Source: Geobacter sp.
Lineage (GTDB): Bacteria; Desulfobacterota; Desulfuromonadia; Geobacterales; Geobacteraceae
DNA length: 64,000 nucleotides
Assembly: GCA_003490025.1 (NCBI GenBank)
Contig: DNJC01000018.1
Location: 4,358 to 68,357, forward strand
Direction: 5' to 3'
This document shows, one piece after another, positions 29,346-38,161 of the stretch (position 1 is the first letter of the stretch; each line of letters opens with the position of its first letter). The translations under genes were made by a program, and so were the position numbers. Under the pieces are notes generated by a model, which saw only the letters and a list, made by a program, of their open reading frames with translations, did not search any database and was not told the DNA's origin.

Positions 29346-30338
29346 ATGGCAATCGCGAGAAAGAACCTGATCAAGGTCGGGTCGGAGGCAGAGGCAGAGG
29401 CGGAGCGTGATCGCGGTGCGGTGCGGGGCGCTGCCTTCAGGGACCGGGACGAGCCGGCGGCAGATATCGGCGGTTTCGGCGAGGCGGTCATCGACCCCGG
29501 CCCAGAGCCCCGGTCGCCGTCGCCCATCCGGCTCATCAGGGGATCCCTCCGACGCCTGAGCAGGAACCGTGGCGCCGAGAGAGAGCGCCAGGAGGAGGCC
29601 GCAGCGGACCTCCCGTTCCCCCCGGTGGTCCGCCCCTCGGACCAGGAGAAGATGGGGTACGTCTCTCCGGTCTACTCGCTGTCGCGCTCGGTGCAGCTGA
29701 ACCCACGGGTCATGCTGGCCAACCGCTGCGTCGCCTTTCTCCACGACAGCCCCGAGGTGGAGTACTACCGCCAGCTGAGGACCAGGATCCTGCAGCTGAA
29801 CGGCGGGGAGGGGGGGGCGACCATCATGGTGACCAGCGCGCTCCCCGGCGAGGGGAAGACGCTCACGGCGATCAACCTCGCGCTCACCTTCGCCAGGGAG
29901 TTCAAGCAGACGGCGCTCCTGGTGGACTGCGACCTGAGGCAGCAGCAGGTCCACTCCAGCATGGGGTTTCCCAGCGAGCGGGGGCTGGTCGACTACCTGA
30001 TGGACGACTGCCCGATCACGGAGCTCTTCGTCTGGCCGGGTGTGGACAAACTCTCCGTCATCTCGGGCGGCAGGACCGTCAGGGACAGCTGCGAGCTCCT
30101 CGGCTCCCCCGGCATGAGGGACCTCGTTCACGACATGAAGCACCGCTACCCCGAGAGGTACGTCTTCTTCGACCTCCCCTCGGTACTTACCAGCGCGGAC
30201 GCGGTCGCCTTCGCGCCGTTGGTCGACTACATCCTCGTCGTGGCCCAGGCCGGCCGGACCTCGCTCAAGGACATAAACAGCGCCGTGCAGCTTCTGCCTG
30301 CCCATAAGCTCCTGGGGCTGGTCATGAACCATCACTAG
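29346..30338 (+). CDS. CpsD/CapB-family BY-kinase-like ATPase
   Basis: 'YRQLRT', Walker A 'GEGKT', A' 'LLVDCDLR', Walker B 'FFDLP'. Confidence 0.85.
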   Translation: MAIARKNLIKVGSEAEAEAERDRGAVRGAAFRDRDEPAADIGGFGEAVIDPGPEPRSPSPIRLIRGSLRRLSRNRGAERERQEEAAADLPFPPVVRPSDQEKMGYVSPVYSLSRSVQLNPRVMLANRCVAFLHDSPEVEYYRQLRTRILQLNGGEGGATIMVTSALPGEGKTLTAINLALTFAREFKQTALLVDCDLRQQQVHSSMGFPSERGLVDYLMDDCPITELFVWPGVDKLSVISGGRTVRDSCELLGSPGMRDLVHDMKHRYPERYVFFDLPSVLTSADAVAFAPLVDYILVVAQAGRTSLKDINSAVQLLPAHKLLGLVMNHH

Positions 30339-30372
30339 CGCCCCCCTACAGGCCGCCCTCCGGAGGAAGAAC

Positions 30373-31623
30373 ATGAACAGACAGCGGCAGACGGTTGTGG
30401 TGGTAGGCCTTGGCTACATAGGGCTTCCCACCGCGTCCATCCTCGCCACCCGGGGGCACACGGTCATCGGGGTGGACGTCAACGAAGGTACCGTCAGGAC
30501 CATCAATTCCGGCAAAATCCATATTGTCGAGCCGGACCTGGACGTGCTGGTCCGCTCGGCAGTCAACAGCGGCAATCTGAAGGCGGTAACCGCCCCGGAG
30601 GAAGGTGACGCCTTCATACTGGCCGTCCCCACCCCGTTCGTCCAGGAGAGCCCGGGGCATGAAAAGGTCCCGGACCTGAGCTACATAGACGCGGCGACCA
30701 GGTCCATCGCACCCTTTTTGCGCGAGGGAAACCTGGTGATCCTGGAGTCGACCTCTCCCGTGGGGACCACCGAGCGCATAGCCGGGCTGATCGCGGAGTT
30801 GCGCCCCGATCTGGCGCAGGAAGGGTCGGGGGCGCGCAAATACCTCTCGGTGCACCTCGCCCACTGCCCGGAGCGGGTGCTCCCCGGCCATATCCTGCGC
30901 GAGCTGGTGGACAACGACCGGATCATAGGCGGGATCACCAGGGTAGCCGCGGAGAAGGCCCGGGATCTCTACAAGAGCTTTTGCAACGGCGGGATGCACC
31001 TGACCGACGCCCGCACCGCGGAAATGGCTAAGCTCGTGGAAAACTCCTCGCGCGACGTCAGCATCGCCTTCGCCAACGAACTCTCCATGATCTGCGATAA
31101 GCTGGGGATCAACGTCTGGGAACTGATCGAGCTGGCCAACAGGCACCCGAGGGTGAACATCCTGCAGCCGGGTCCCGGGGTGGGGGGACACTGCATCGCG
31201 GTCGACCCCTGGTTCATTGTGGCGGCGGCCCCCAAGGAGGCGAGGCTCATCCGCACCGCCCGCGAGGTCAACGACGCCAAACCCCACTGGGTGCTGGACC
31301 GGGTACGGGCGAAGGCGGAACGGTTCAAGGACCCGGTTATCGGCTGCCTGGGGCTTTCCTTCAAGGCGAACATCGACGACCTGCGGGAATCGCCGGCCAT
31401 GGAAATCACCCTGGAACTGATCCGATCCGGAGTGGGACGGGTCATGGCCTGCGAGCCCAATATCGAAGGTGGGAGAGGCGATCTGCCGCTTCATGAAATG
31501 GACGAGGTGCTGCGCGAGGCGGATATCCTGTTGGTGCTGGTCGATCACGAGGAATTCAAGGATATCGACCGCGAGCTTCTCAAGGAGAAGGTGGTCATCG
31601 ATACCCGGGGTGTATGGCGCTAG
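30373..31623 (+). CDS. wecC: UDP-N-acetyl-D-mannosamine dehydrogenase
   Basis: 'GLGYIGLPTA', 'HCPERVLPG', 'GPGVGGHCIAVDPWF', 'FKANIDDLRESP', 'IDTRGVW'. Confidence 0.93.
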   Translation: MNRQRQTVVVVGLGYIGLPTASILATRGHTVIGVDVNEGTVRTINSGKIHIVEPDLDVLVRSAVNSGNLKAVTAPEEGDAFILAVPTPFVQESPGHEKVPDLSYIDAATRSIAPFLREGNLVILESTSPVGTTERIAGLIAELRPDLAQEGSGARKYLSVHLAHCPERVLPGHILRELVDNDRIIGGITRVAAEKARDLYKSFCNGGMHLTDARTAEMAKLVENSSRDVSIAFANELSMICDKLGINVWELIELANRHPRVNILQPGPGVGGHCIAVDPWFIVAAAPKEARLIRTAREVNDAKPHWVLDRVRAKAERFKDPVIGCLGLSFKANIDDLRESPAMEITLELIRSGVGRVMACEPNIEGGRGDLPLHEMDEVLREADILLVLVDHEEFKDIDRELLKEKVVIDTRGVWR

Positions 31624-31660
31624 TTTGGAAGTGCTCTAAGCGCCGGGCTGGAGAAGACGG

Positions 31661-31702
31661 AAAGCGAGGCCCCCTGGGTTGATCCAGGGGGCCTCGCGCT
31701 TT
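31661..31702. terminator. Bidirectional Rho-independent terminator between convergent genes
   Basis: 14-bp perfect stem GCGAGGCCCCCTGG/CCAGGGGGCCTCGC flanked by short A/T runs. Confidence 0.75.
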
Positions 31703-31727
31703 CATCTCCGCTTTACCGGTTAGTGTG

Positions 31728-33428
31728 TCAATCCTCGAGCCTGACGACTGCGAATTCCCCTTCGTGATTGAGAACGGCCCAGGCGGTCTTGGTGAAGGGA
31801 TCGATGCCGTAGGTGCCCAGGGGGTAACCCGGGTTCCATGACCCCTTGACGAACCTGCTCGCGCCGTCGTGGTTGGCTTCGACCGCGTTGGTCCACTTGC
31901 CGGTTGCGTCCTTCGCCGCCAGGCGGTAGCCGCCGTTGCCCAGATGCAGCCCGTTCACCCGCCGGTCGTCATAGGTCATCGCCAGCACGTACTCGTCGCA
32001 CTTCTTGCTCTCTGCCTGGCTCGGCAGGTACCCGTTCAGGTCGAGCCCCCGGGCGGGGTTTTCCCAAAGGCTCAGGTTGTCGGCCATGCCCCAGAGGCGC
32101 AGCACCTTGCTCGCCGCGTTGTCTCCGGTACGCGCCGTCGACCAGCCGGTGTTAACCGTCTTGGTCAGCGGGCGCAGGAGATAGTCGGTCTCGTCGTTGC
32201 CGTTCGCGCCGCCCAGGATCTTGGCCGACGTTCCCTCGAAGCTGTCCTGCACGCAGGTGTAGGACTCGCCGTGGCGGACCTCGAACTGCCTGCCGTTAAG
32301 GCTGTACCCGAAGCTCTCGCGCAGATGGAAGACGAAGGAGCCCGGAGGGAGCACGAGGTCGAGGTCGCCGTAATCGGAGGCGTGGCTGGCGGAGTAGAAG
32401 TCGACGGTCACCTGCGGACCGTCTACGGTGAAGATGTAATAGCCGATGGTGAAGAGTTCCTGCTGCAGAGGCGTTTCGCGGCCGTCGTCGCCGGCCTTGG
32501 GGATGTAGAACTTGTAGCTGTTCGACGAGCAGATGACCTGCCCCACGCTCTCCCTGCCGCTGGAGGTCTTGACGATGGAGCGGTGGTGCATGTGGTCGTG
32601 GCCGCCGAACTGGAAGCGGACACCGTTGGACGCAAGGCTCGCGATGAACTCGTCCCGGGCGGAAGCGTTCGAGGTGAGGTCGGCGCCGAACAGGACGTCC
32701 TTGTGGTTCTGGCCGATCAGGTTCTTGTGCGAGAAGACGAAGGCGTGACTGTCGGAGGGCCTCGACTCGAGCACCGAGTTGACCCAGGCTACCTGGTCCA
32801 CCATGTTGTTGTTGCTGCTGCCGTTGAAGCTGGTGCCGTCGGTCCTGGTGAACTGGTCCAGCATGACGCAGCGCACGTTGTCGTAGTCGAAGGCGTAGGA
32901 GAGGCCGTCGAGCCTGGAGCCTGCCGGGTCGCTCGCCGTGGCGGGCATGATCGGGCTCTGAAAGTTCGTTGCGGCGTGCACGTTTGGGCCGTAACCCTTG
33001 GTCTGCGGGAAGATGAGCGGGAGTTCCTTCGCCGCGGTGGCGCTCGCTTCGTGGTTGCCGCGTAGCGGGAAGAAGCCGATTCCGGCGTTGTACAGGGGCT
33101 GGGCGGCCTCTGCGCGGGTGGGGAGGGTACGCACGCCGTTCACGCTCTCCACGTCCGCCAGGTCGCCCACCTGAATGGCGAACTTCACGTCGTGGTGGAT
33201 GAACTGCTGGTTCAGTGCGTTGATGACGGAAACCGCGCACGAACCCGGTTCGCCTCCGGCGTTCAGCCCGGCGCGCCACTGGGTGTCCGCCATGACGCCG
33301 AACTTCCACGAGCCGCTCGAAGCAAGCGCCCTTCTGGGGGTGAGGAGCGGGAAGTGCATCGCCAGCGCGAGGCCCGCCAGCCCCTGACCACTCAACTTCA
33401 TGAAATCCCTTCTGTTCAGCTGCTTCAT
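31728..33428 (-). CDS. Tat-exported calcineurin-like metallophosphoesterase
   Basis: Twin-arginine 'NRRDFMK'; motifs 'ADTQ', 'VGDL', 'GNHE', 'GHDH'; RBS GGAGG. Confidence 0.88.
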   Translation of the reverse strand: MKQLNRRDFMKLSGQGLAGLALAMHFPLLTPRRALASSGSWKFGVMADTQWRAGLNAGGEPGSCAVSVINALNQQFIHHDVKFAIQVGDLADVESVNGVRTLPTRAEAAQPLYNAGIGFFPLRGNHEASATAAKELPLIFPQTKGYGPNVHAATNFQSPIMPATASDPAGSRLDGLSYAFDYDNVRCVMLDQFTRTDGTSFNGSSNNNMVDQVAWVNSVLESRPSDSHAFVFSHKNLIGQNHKDVLFGADLTSNASARDEFIASLASNGVRFQFGGHDHMHHRSIVKTSSGRESVGQVICSSNSYKFYIPKAGDDGRETPLQQELFTIGYYIFTVDGPQVTVDFYSASHASDYGDLDLVLPPGSFVFHLRESFGYSLNGRQFEVRHGESYTCVQDSFEGTSAKILGGANGNDETDYLLRPLTKTVNTGWSTARTGDNAASKVLRLWGMADNLSLWENPARGLDLNGYLPSQAESKKCDEYVLAMTYDDRRVNGLHLGNGGYRLAAKDATGKWTNAVEANHDGASRFVKGSWNPGYPLGTYGIDPFTKTAWAVLNHEGEFAVVRLED

Positions 33429-33685
33429 TTCTTCCTCCTTGGTTTCCTCGATGGGCGCATTCGGTTGGCATGTCCCGGCCTTGGCGGTCTGCTGCTACAG
33501 GGACGCGTATACAATTACCACGCCGATGTTTCTTCCACGTTTCGGGCGTGATAAATGTTAGTGACATCTCATTTTAATGAGAGGTGAGGGGCGCCGGCCT
33601 GGGGCGGCCGGCCAGAGGAGGGTAAACATGGGGGAGGTTGGGTCGAAGGTGGGCGATGTGCGCTATGCGCAGGATGGGCCGGCTT

Positions 33686-35845
33686 TTAGATCCTGATGCG
33701 CTTCCCCTTCAATACGGCCTTGGAACGTTGTTCGGCCCGCGCCATCAGGATCTGGTGACTTCCATCGTTGCTTTTCACGTTGGCGGGCATGCGCTGGACG
33801 TAATCGCCGTCCGGCAGCATATCCCAGACCTGGCGCTGGTCCGCATAGTGGAGATCGAGGATAAAGCCGAGTTCCTGCTTGAGTTCCGGGGCTTCGACCG
33901 GGATGAGGAGTTCAATCCGCGCCTCCAGGTTTCGTTTCATCAAGTCGGCCGAACCGATGAAATACTCATCCTCGCCGGCGTTTCGGAAGTGATAGATGCG
34001 GGAGTGCTCCATGAACCGGCCTACCATGCTGATGACCCGGATGTTCTCGGAAAGTCCGGGTATGCCGGGTCGCAAACGGCAGGTGTCACGGACGATGAGG
34101 TCTATCTTCACGCCGGAGAGTGAGGCGCGGTACAGGGCCTCCACGATGTCGCAGTCTTCCAGCGCGTTCATCTTGAAGCGGATAAGCCCTCCTCCCTTTT
34201 CCGCGTGCAGTGCGGCTTCCCTCTCTATCTTTTTCAGGATGGCCTTCTTGAGGTTTCTGGGGGCAAGAATCAGCTTCCCGAAGTTCCGTTTCACGGCGAA
34301 CCCGGTGGTCAGGTAGTTGAACAGCTCGGTAACGTCACGGCCGATGGTGTCGTCGCAGGTCATAAGACCGATGTCGCAGAACTCCCGCGACTTCTCCGCG
34401 TGGTAGTTGCCGGTCCCCATGTGGACGTAACGCCGCAACCCGGAGTAATCCTGGCGCACGATCATTATCGCTTTGCAGTACGTTTTCAGCCCGACGACGC
34501 CGAAGGTGACGTGGATGCCGGCCTCCTCCATCGTTTCGGCCAGGTTGATGTTCGCCTGCTCGTCGAAGCGCGCCTTGAGTTCTATGACCACCGCCACCTG
34601 CTTGCCGTTGTGGGCCGCCAGGAGGAGCGAATCGACGATGCAGCTGTTGGCCGAGGTCCGGTAAAGGGTCATCTTGATCCCCGCCACCTTCGGGTCGGAC
34701 GCGGCTTCCCGCAGCAGGCGCTCGACCGAGGAACCGAACGACTCGTACGGGTGCTGCAAGAGGATCGCACCTGCATCCCTGACGATATGGAAGATGCTGC
34801 GCGACGGATGGAGCAGATGGTGGTCCACGGGGTAGTAGGGCGGGGCGTGCAGTCTCGGGTGATCGAGGCGCGCGAGTTCCATCAGGTCGCGCATGGCCAT
34901 CAGGGTGGGGACCTCGAACACGTCGCTTTCCTCGTTGAGCTGCAGTTCGCTCGCCAACCTGCCGCGGTGCACCTGGCCCATTCCCTTTTCCACCTCGAGC
35001 CGGACTATGGGCGCGAACTTCCGCTCCTTCAGTTCCGACTCGATCATGGCCATCAGGTCCTCTGCATCCTCCTCGTTTTTCTCGGTATTGGCATTGCGGG
35101 TCACGCGGAAGAGTTCGCAGCTTTTCACCTGCATCCCGGGAAAGAGGCCGTCCAGGTTGTGCATGATGACGTCTTCGAGAGGTACGAAATGGTCGCCGCC
35201 GCCAACCCTGATGAAGCGCGGTGTCCCGAATCCGACGGGGACCTTAACCCTGGCGAGAATGGTCTGCCTGCTCTTGGGGTAGCCAAGCGAGACCAGGAGG
35301 TTGAGGGAGAGGTTGGAAATGAAGGGGAACGGGTGGGCCGGATCGATGGACTGCGGCGTCAGAAGGGGGAAGATGTTGGCGTGGTAGTACTGGCCGATCT
35401 GCTTCTTCTCCCTGGCGGATAGCTCGCCGTACGAGGCGAGGACGATCCCCTTGCCGCGAAGAAGCTGCTGCACCACGCGGAAAGCATCCTCCTTGGTCGC
35501 ATCCAGTTCCCTGATCGCGGCGTGGCATTCCTGCACCTGCTGGCGGGGCGTACGGCCGTCGGGGGTGAGTTCCTGCATCCCCGCTCCGATCTGCTGCTTC
35601 AGGCCGCCGATGCGCTTCATGAAGAATTCGTCTATGTTACCGCTTACTATGGCGATGAACTTCAACCGTTCCAGAAGCGGTAAACGCTCGTCCTGAGCCT
35701 CGTGCAGCACGCGGCGCTTGAAGGCGAGCCAGGTGAGTTCGCGGTTCAGGTACCACTGGGACTCTGCGGGGTCGAGGTCCGGCAAGGCTTCGCTGCAAGG
35801 GGAAAGCATGCTCTTCATGGGGCGGCTCCGGTCATTGGTGCTCAT
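33686..35845 (-). CDS. ppk1: Polyphosphate kinase 1 homologue with degenerate active site
   Basis: 'NRELTWL', 'NIDEFFMKR', 'HPFPFISN', 'KMTLYR', 'ELKARFDE', 'GTGNY', 'EHSRIY', 'GSADLM.RN'. The conserved KxHxK reads KTYCK. Start is 35845 or 35818. Confidence 0.9.
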   Translation of the reverse strand: MSTNDRSRPMKSMLSPCSEALPDLDPAESQWYLNRELTWLAFKRRVLHEAQDERLPLLERLKFIAIVSGNIDEFFMKRIGGLKQQIGAGMQELTPDGRTPRQQVQECHAAIRELDATKEDAFRVVQQLLRGKGIVLASYGELSAREKKQIGQYYHANIFPLLTPQSIDPAHPFPFISNLSLNLLVSLGYPKSRQTILARVKVPVGFGTPRFIRVGGGDHFVPLEDVIMHNLDGLFPGMQVKSCELFRVTRNANTEKNEEDAEDLMAMIESELKERKFAPIVRLEVEKGMGQVHRGRLASELQLNEESDVFEVPTLMAMRDLMELARLDHPRLHAPPYYPVDHHLLHPSRSIFHIVRDAGAILLQHPYESFGSSVERLLREAASDPKVAGIKMTLYRTSANSCIVDSLLLAAHNGKQVAVVIELKARFDEQANINLAETMEEAGIHVTFGVVGLKTYCKAIMIVRQDYSGLRRYVHMGTGNYHAEKSREFCDIGLMTCDDTIGRDVTELFNYLTTGFAVKRNFGKLILAPRNLKKAILKKIEREAALHAEKGGGLIRFKMNALEDCDIVEALYRASLSGVKIDLIVRDTCRLRPGIPGLSENIRVISMVGRFMEHSRIYHFRNAGEDEYFIGSADLMKRNLEARIELLIPVEAPELKQELGFILDLHYADQRQVWDMLPDGDYVQRMPANVKSNDGSHQILMARAEQRSKAVLKGKRIRI

Positions 35846-35879
35846 AGAGACCCTTGTACCGCATTGCCGCGCGACGTGG

Positions 35880-35897
35880 TGTAACAAGTATGTTAAA
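35880..35897. promoter_or_regulatory. Possible PhoB/OmpR-type direct repeat upstream of ppk1
   Basis: TGTAACA and TGTTAAA with 11-bp periodicity, about 35 bp before the start. Confidence 0.3.
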
Positions 35898-36376
35898 TCT
35901 GGGTGGCTGATGCTTCATCGTATGCCGGCGGATTGTCCACTGGAACGTCTCCTCAAACCTCGAGCCGAGGTTCCTGCCGTTCTTGAAGAACATGAAAATC
36001 TGCTGTTGCACCTGATCTCGAAGCTCTATGCGCGAATCGTTGATCGTCACCACTGGCCTCACGTTCGGGGTCAAACCTGCGGCTGGTGCTGCTTTAGAGG
36101 CTATAGGACACAGTTCGTGAAGCCTGGTGTACTCAAAGAAATGGAAATTGTATCTATTGCGGCTTGGTCTTGGGGGGCGGCTCTTAACGCCGTTCTTTTA
36201 CGTCAGCCAGTCGTTGGACATTAATTGAGGAGGGCAAGGTGGTGCTGACAAAAGGATTGCCGTCAATCTCGCCCCCCGCTGACTTCAAGAAGCAGGGGGG
36301 GATTCCACGCATCCCTAACTAAAAGGCCGCCGCGCTTCGCGACTGGTGCTTAAATTGTCGTCTCTACTGTCAACCG

Positions 36377-37663
36377 CTAAAGGCAGGCCCTTTTAACTGT
36401 TTTTGGATGTATCAGTGACTCAACGTGTTTGGACCATTTTATCAGAGCAGCTTTTTTTTGCTTGTCATACTTGTACAGGTTGTAGACACTCTTCACCCCG
36501 CCCTGGATATGGTTGAGGACTGCTTCAGCATGTTCTTCGGGGACTCCTATTCTGGCCATTCCGGTCCGCAGGGTGCGGCGCAGGTCTTTCGGGGTCCAGC
36601 GCGGCAAACCGAGATATTGGTTCGTCTTGTCCTCCGTCAGTTCATGTGAAATTGTGCCGGGTCTCATGCCGCCTTCCGCCTGTGCTCCCCTTCCTCTTCC
36701 ACGCGCGGGGAAGACGTAGTCGCTGTCACTTTTCGGAGGCAGGAAGGATTTCGCCAGAGGAGTCAAATACACCCTGTGGTCGCTTGGGGGACGACTGAGG
36801 TTCGGATTGATCTCAGTCTTGATCCGTCTCCAGTTGATTTGCCACCAGTCTGCCTCTATCTCACTCCACATCATCCCGGTTACTTCGCCGGGTCTCTGCC
36901 CCGTCAGGAGCATTAAAAGCAGTGCCCGTCCTTTTTCGGTGTCCTTTACCTGTTCCCAAATGATCTTGATCTCCTTATCTGACAATACCCGATCCCCTGA
37001 TTTGGGTGCTATACCGCGAACCTGCTTTTGGACGCCTACAAAAGGGTTAAACAAAGCATGCCCTCGGGCAACAGCGTATTCGAACATGGTCTGCCCAGCT
37101 TTTTTTACATTCCGGGCCTGACCTGGTGCCCGCTTTTGAATGTCTGAAATCAAAGCGATTGCATCCGGCCGGGAAATCGCCTTTACAGGCCGCTGCTCCC
37201 AGACCTTAAGAACGTCGTTGTTCAATGTCCTGGTCTGTTGTTTAACCGAGCGCGGAACCAGTGATGTTAGGGATTCGAGGTAGAGAGGGATCAACTTCCC
37301 TACTGTCATGACCTCCGGCACCGGCGGCGGTTCCGGAGGCGGGGTTAAGGGATCGATGCCTGCGCCGACCTGGCCAAACGCCGCGGAATACTTCGTTCGC
37401 GCTTCAGCAAGGGTGATGTACGGAGTTCTTGCCTCCGATGGCGGGGCGTAAGGTCCCAAATTCAAAAACCGACGCTTGCCGTTGAAGTGGTACATGTAAA
37501 AAAAGGTGATCATGCCAGTTTTACGGACCCGGATGCCGAACCCGTGGCGCTCCCGGATATCGTACTCCTTTTCGGGTGGGTGGGTTTTGAGCCACGCCCT
37601 CAATGCCTTGAGATATATGTCTGTCAAGTCCCCTTTGAGTTCGGGACCTTTATCTTTTGTCAT
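36377..37663 (-). CDS. Tyrosine integrase with N-terminal Arm DNA-binding domain
   Basis: Arm domain 'GFGIRVRKTG..TFFYMY...GKRRFLNLG.Y...TLAEAR'; catalytic 'LTGQRPGEV', 'KDLRRT', 'LNH', 'VYN'. Confidence 0.92.
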   Translation of the reverse strand: MTKDKGPELKGDLTDIYLKALRAWLKTHPPEKEYDIRERHGFGIRVRKTGMITFFYMYHFNGKRRFLNLGPYAPPSEARTPYITLAEARTKYSAAFGQVGAGIDPLTPPPEPPPVPEVMTVGKLIPLYLESLTSLVPRSVKQQTRTLNNDVLKVWEQRPVKAISRPDAIALISDIQKRAPGQARNVKKAGQTMFEYAVARGHALFNPFVGVQKQVRGIAPKSGDRVLSDKEIKIIWEQVKDTEKGRALLLMLLTGQRPGEVTGMMWSEIEADWWQINWRRIKTEINPNLSRPPSDHRVYLTPLAKSFLPPKSDSDYVFPARGRGRGAQAEGGMRPGTISHELTEDKTNQYLGLPRWTPKDLRRTLRTGMARIGVPEEHAEAVLNHIQGGVKSVYNLYKYDKQKKAALIKWSKHVESLIHPKTVKRACL

Positions 37664-37673
37664 GGCGCACCTC

Positions 37674-37833
37674 CGTGGCCTTGCGCGTGGCCTCCGCGTG
37701 GCTTACGTTATAGTGGACGTAGGGTAAACTTCGCGAAACATCCTGAAACAAATATTAGGTCCTATGCCTAATTAAGTCAAATAAAACGGCTATTTAATAG
37801 CTGTCGGAGCACATAGGGAAACATTCGGAAACA
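37674..37833. repeat. Short direct repeats (candidate integrase arm / accessory binding sites)
   Basis: CGTGGC at 37674, 37686 and 37697; GAAACA pairs at 37735/37745 and 37818/37828. Confidence 0.5.
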
Positions 37834-37852
37834 AGCGAAAAGGACTGACCAA

Positions 37853-37900
37853 AGGATTGAAAATCCTCGTGTCGGCGGTTCGATTCCGTCTCTGGCACCA
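37853..37900 (+). mobile_element. att site: 3' fragment of tRNA-Phe(GAA)
   Basis: Anticodon arm AGGAT-TGAAA-ATCCT, T-arm GGCGGTTCGATTCCGTC and CACCA end; no D-arm or 5' acceptor strand upstream; about 190 bp from the integrase start. Confidence 0.88.
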
Positions 37901-37911
37901 TTTTTAACAAT

Positions 37912-37954
37912 AAAAACAGGCATCTACGTTTTAGCGTAGGTGCCTGTTTTTTGT
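37912..37954 (+). terminator. Rho-independent terminator after the tRNA fragment
   Basis: AAAAACAGGCATCTACG / CGTAGGTGCCTGTTTTT stem followed by a T tract. Confidence 0.8.
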
Positions 37955-38065
37955 TGGCCCTAGCCATCGGCCAGGGTGCCAGATGAGCAAACAGCAGGTC
38001 ATCTGAGTTGCAGGTTTCTTCCCGGCAGCCCGGTTAACGGCGCATTAAGATACAGAAAGCATTTA

Positions 38066-38125
38066 TGCGCCATTTATTGGCGCAATGATTGACTTAGTGC
38101 GCCAATAGCTGTATAGTACTGGCGC
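38066..38125 (+). promoter_or_regulatory. Sigma70 promoter with interleaved TGCGCCA operator half-sites
   Basis: TTGACT (38089), 17 bp, TATAGT (38112); half-sites TGCGCCA/TGGCGC(A) at 38066, 38078, 38098 and 38120. Confidence 0.7.
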
Positions 38126-38161
38126 GTACCACCACTGTAACTGCCCCTGAGGGATAGGGCC

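Noticed and set aside
29385-29405. GAGGCA tandem repeat (EAEAEAE)
   Set aside because: In-frame low-complexity stretch in a disordered region; too short for a contingency locus.
35832-36224. Small ORFs between ppk1 and the integrase
   Set aside because: No RBS or motif support on either strand; possibly a decayed fragment, but unassignable.
37801-37900. Intact tRNA-Phe gene
   Set aside because: No D-arm or 5' acceptor strand complementary to the 3' end; treated as an att fragment.
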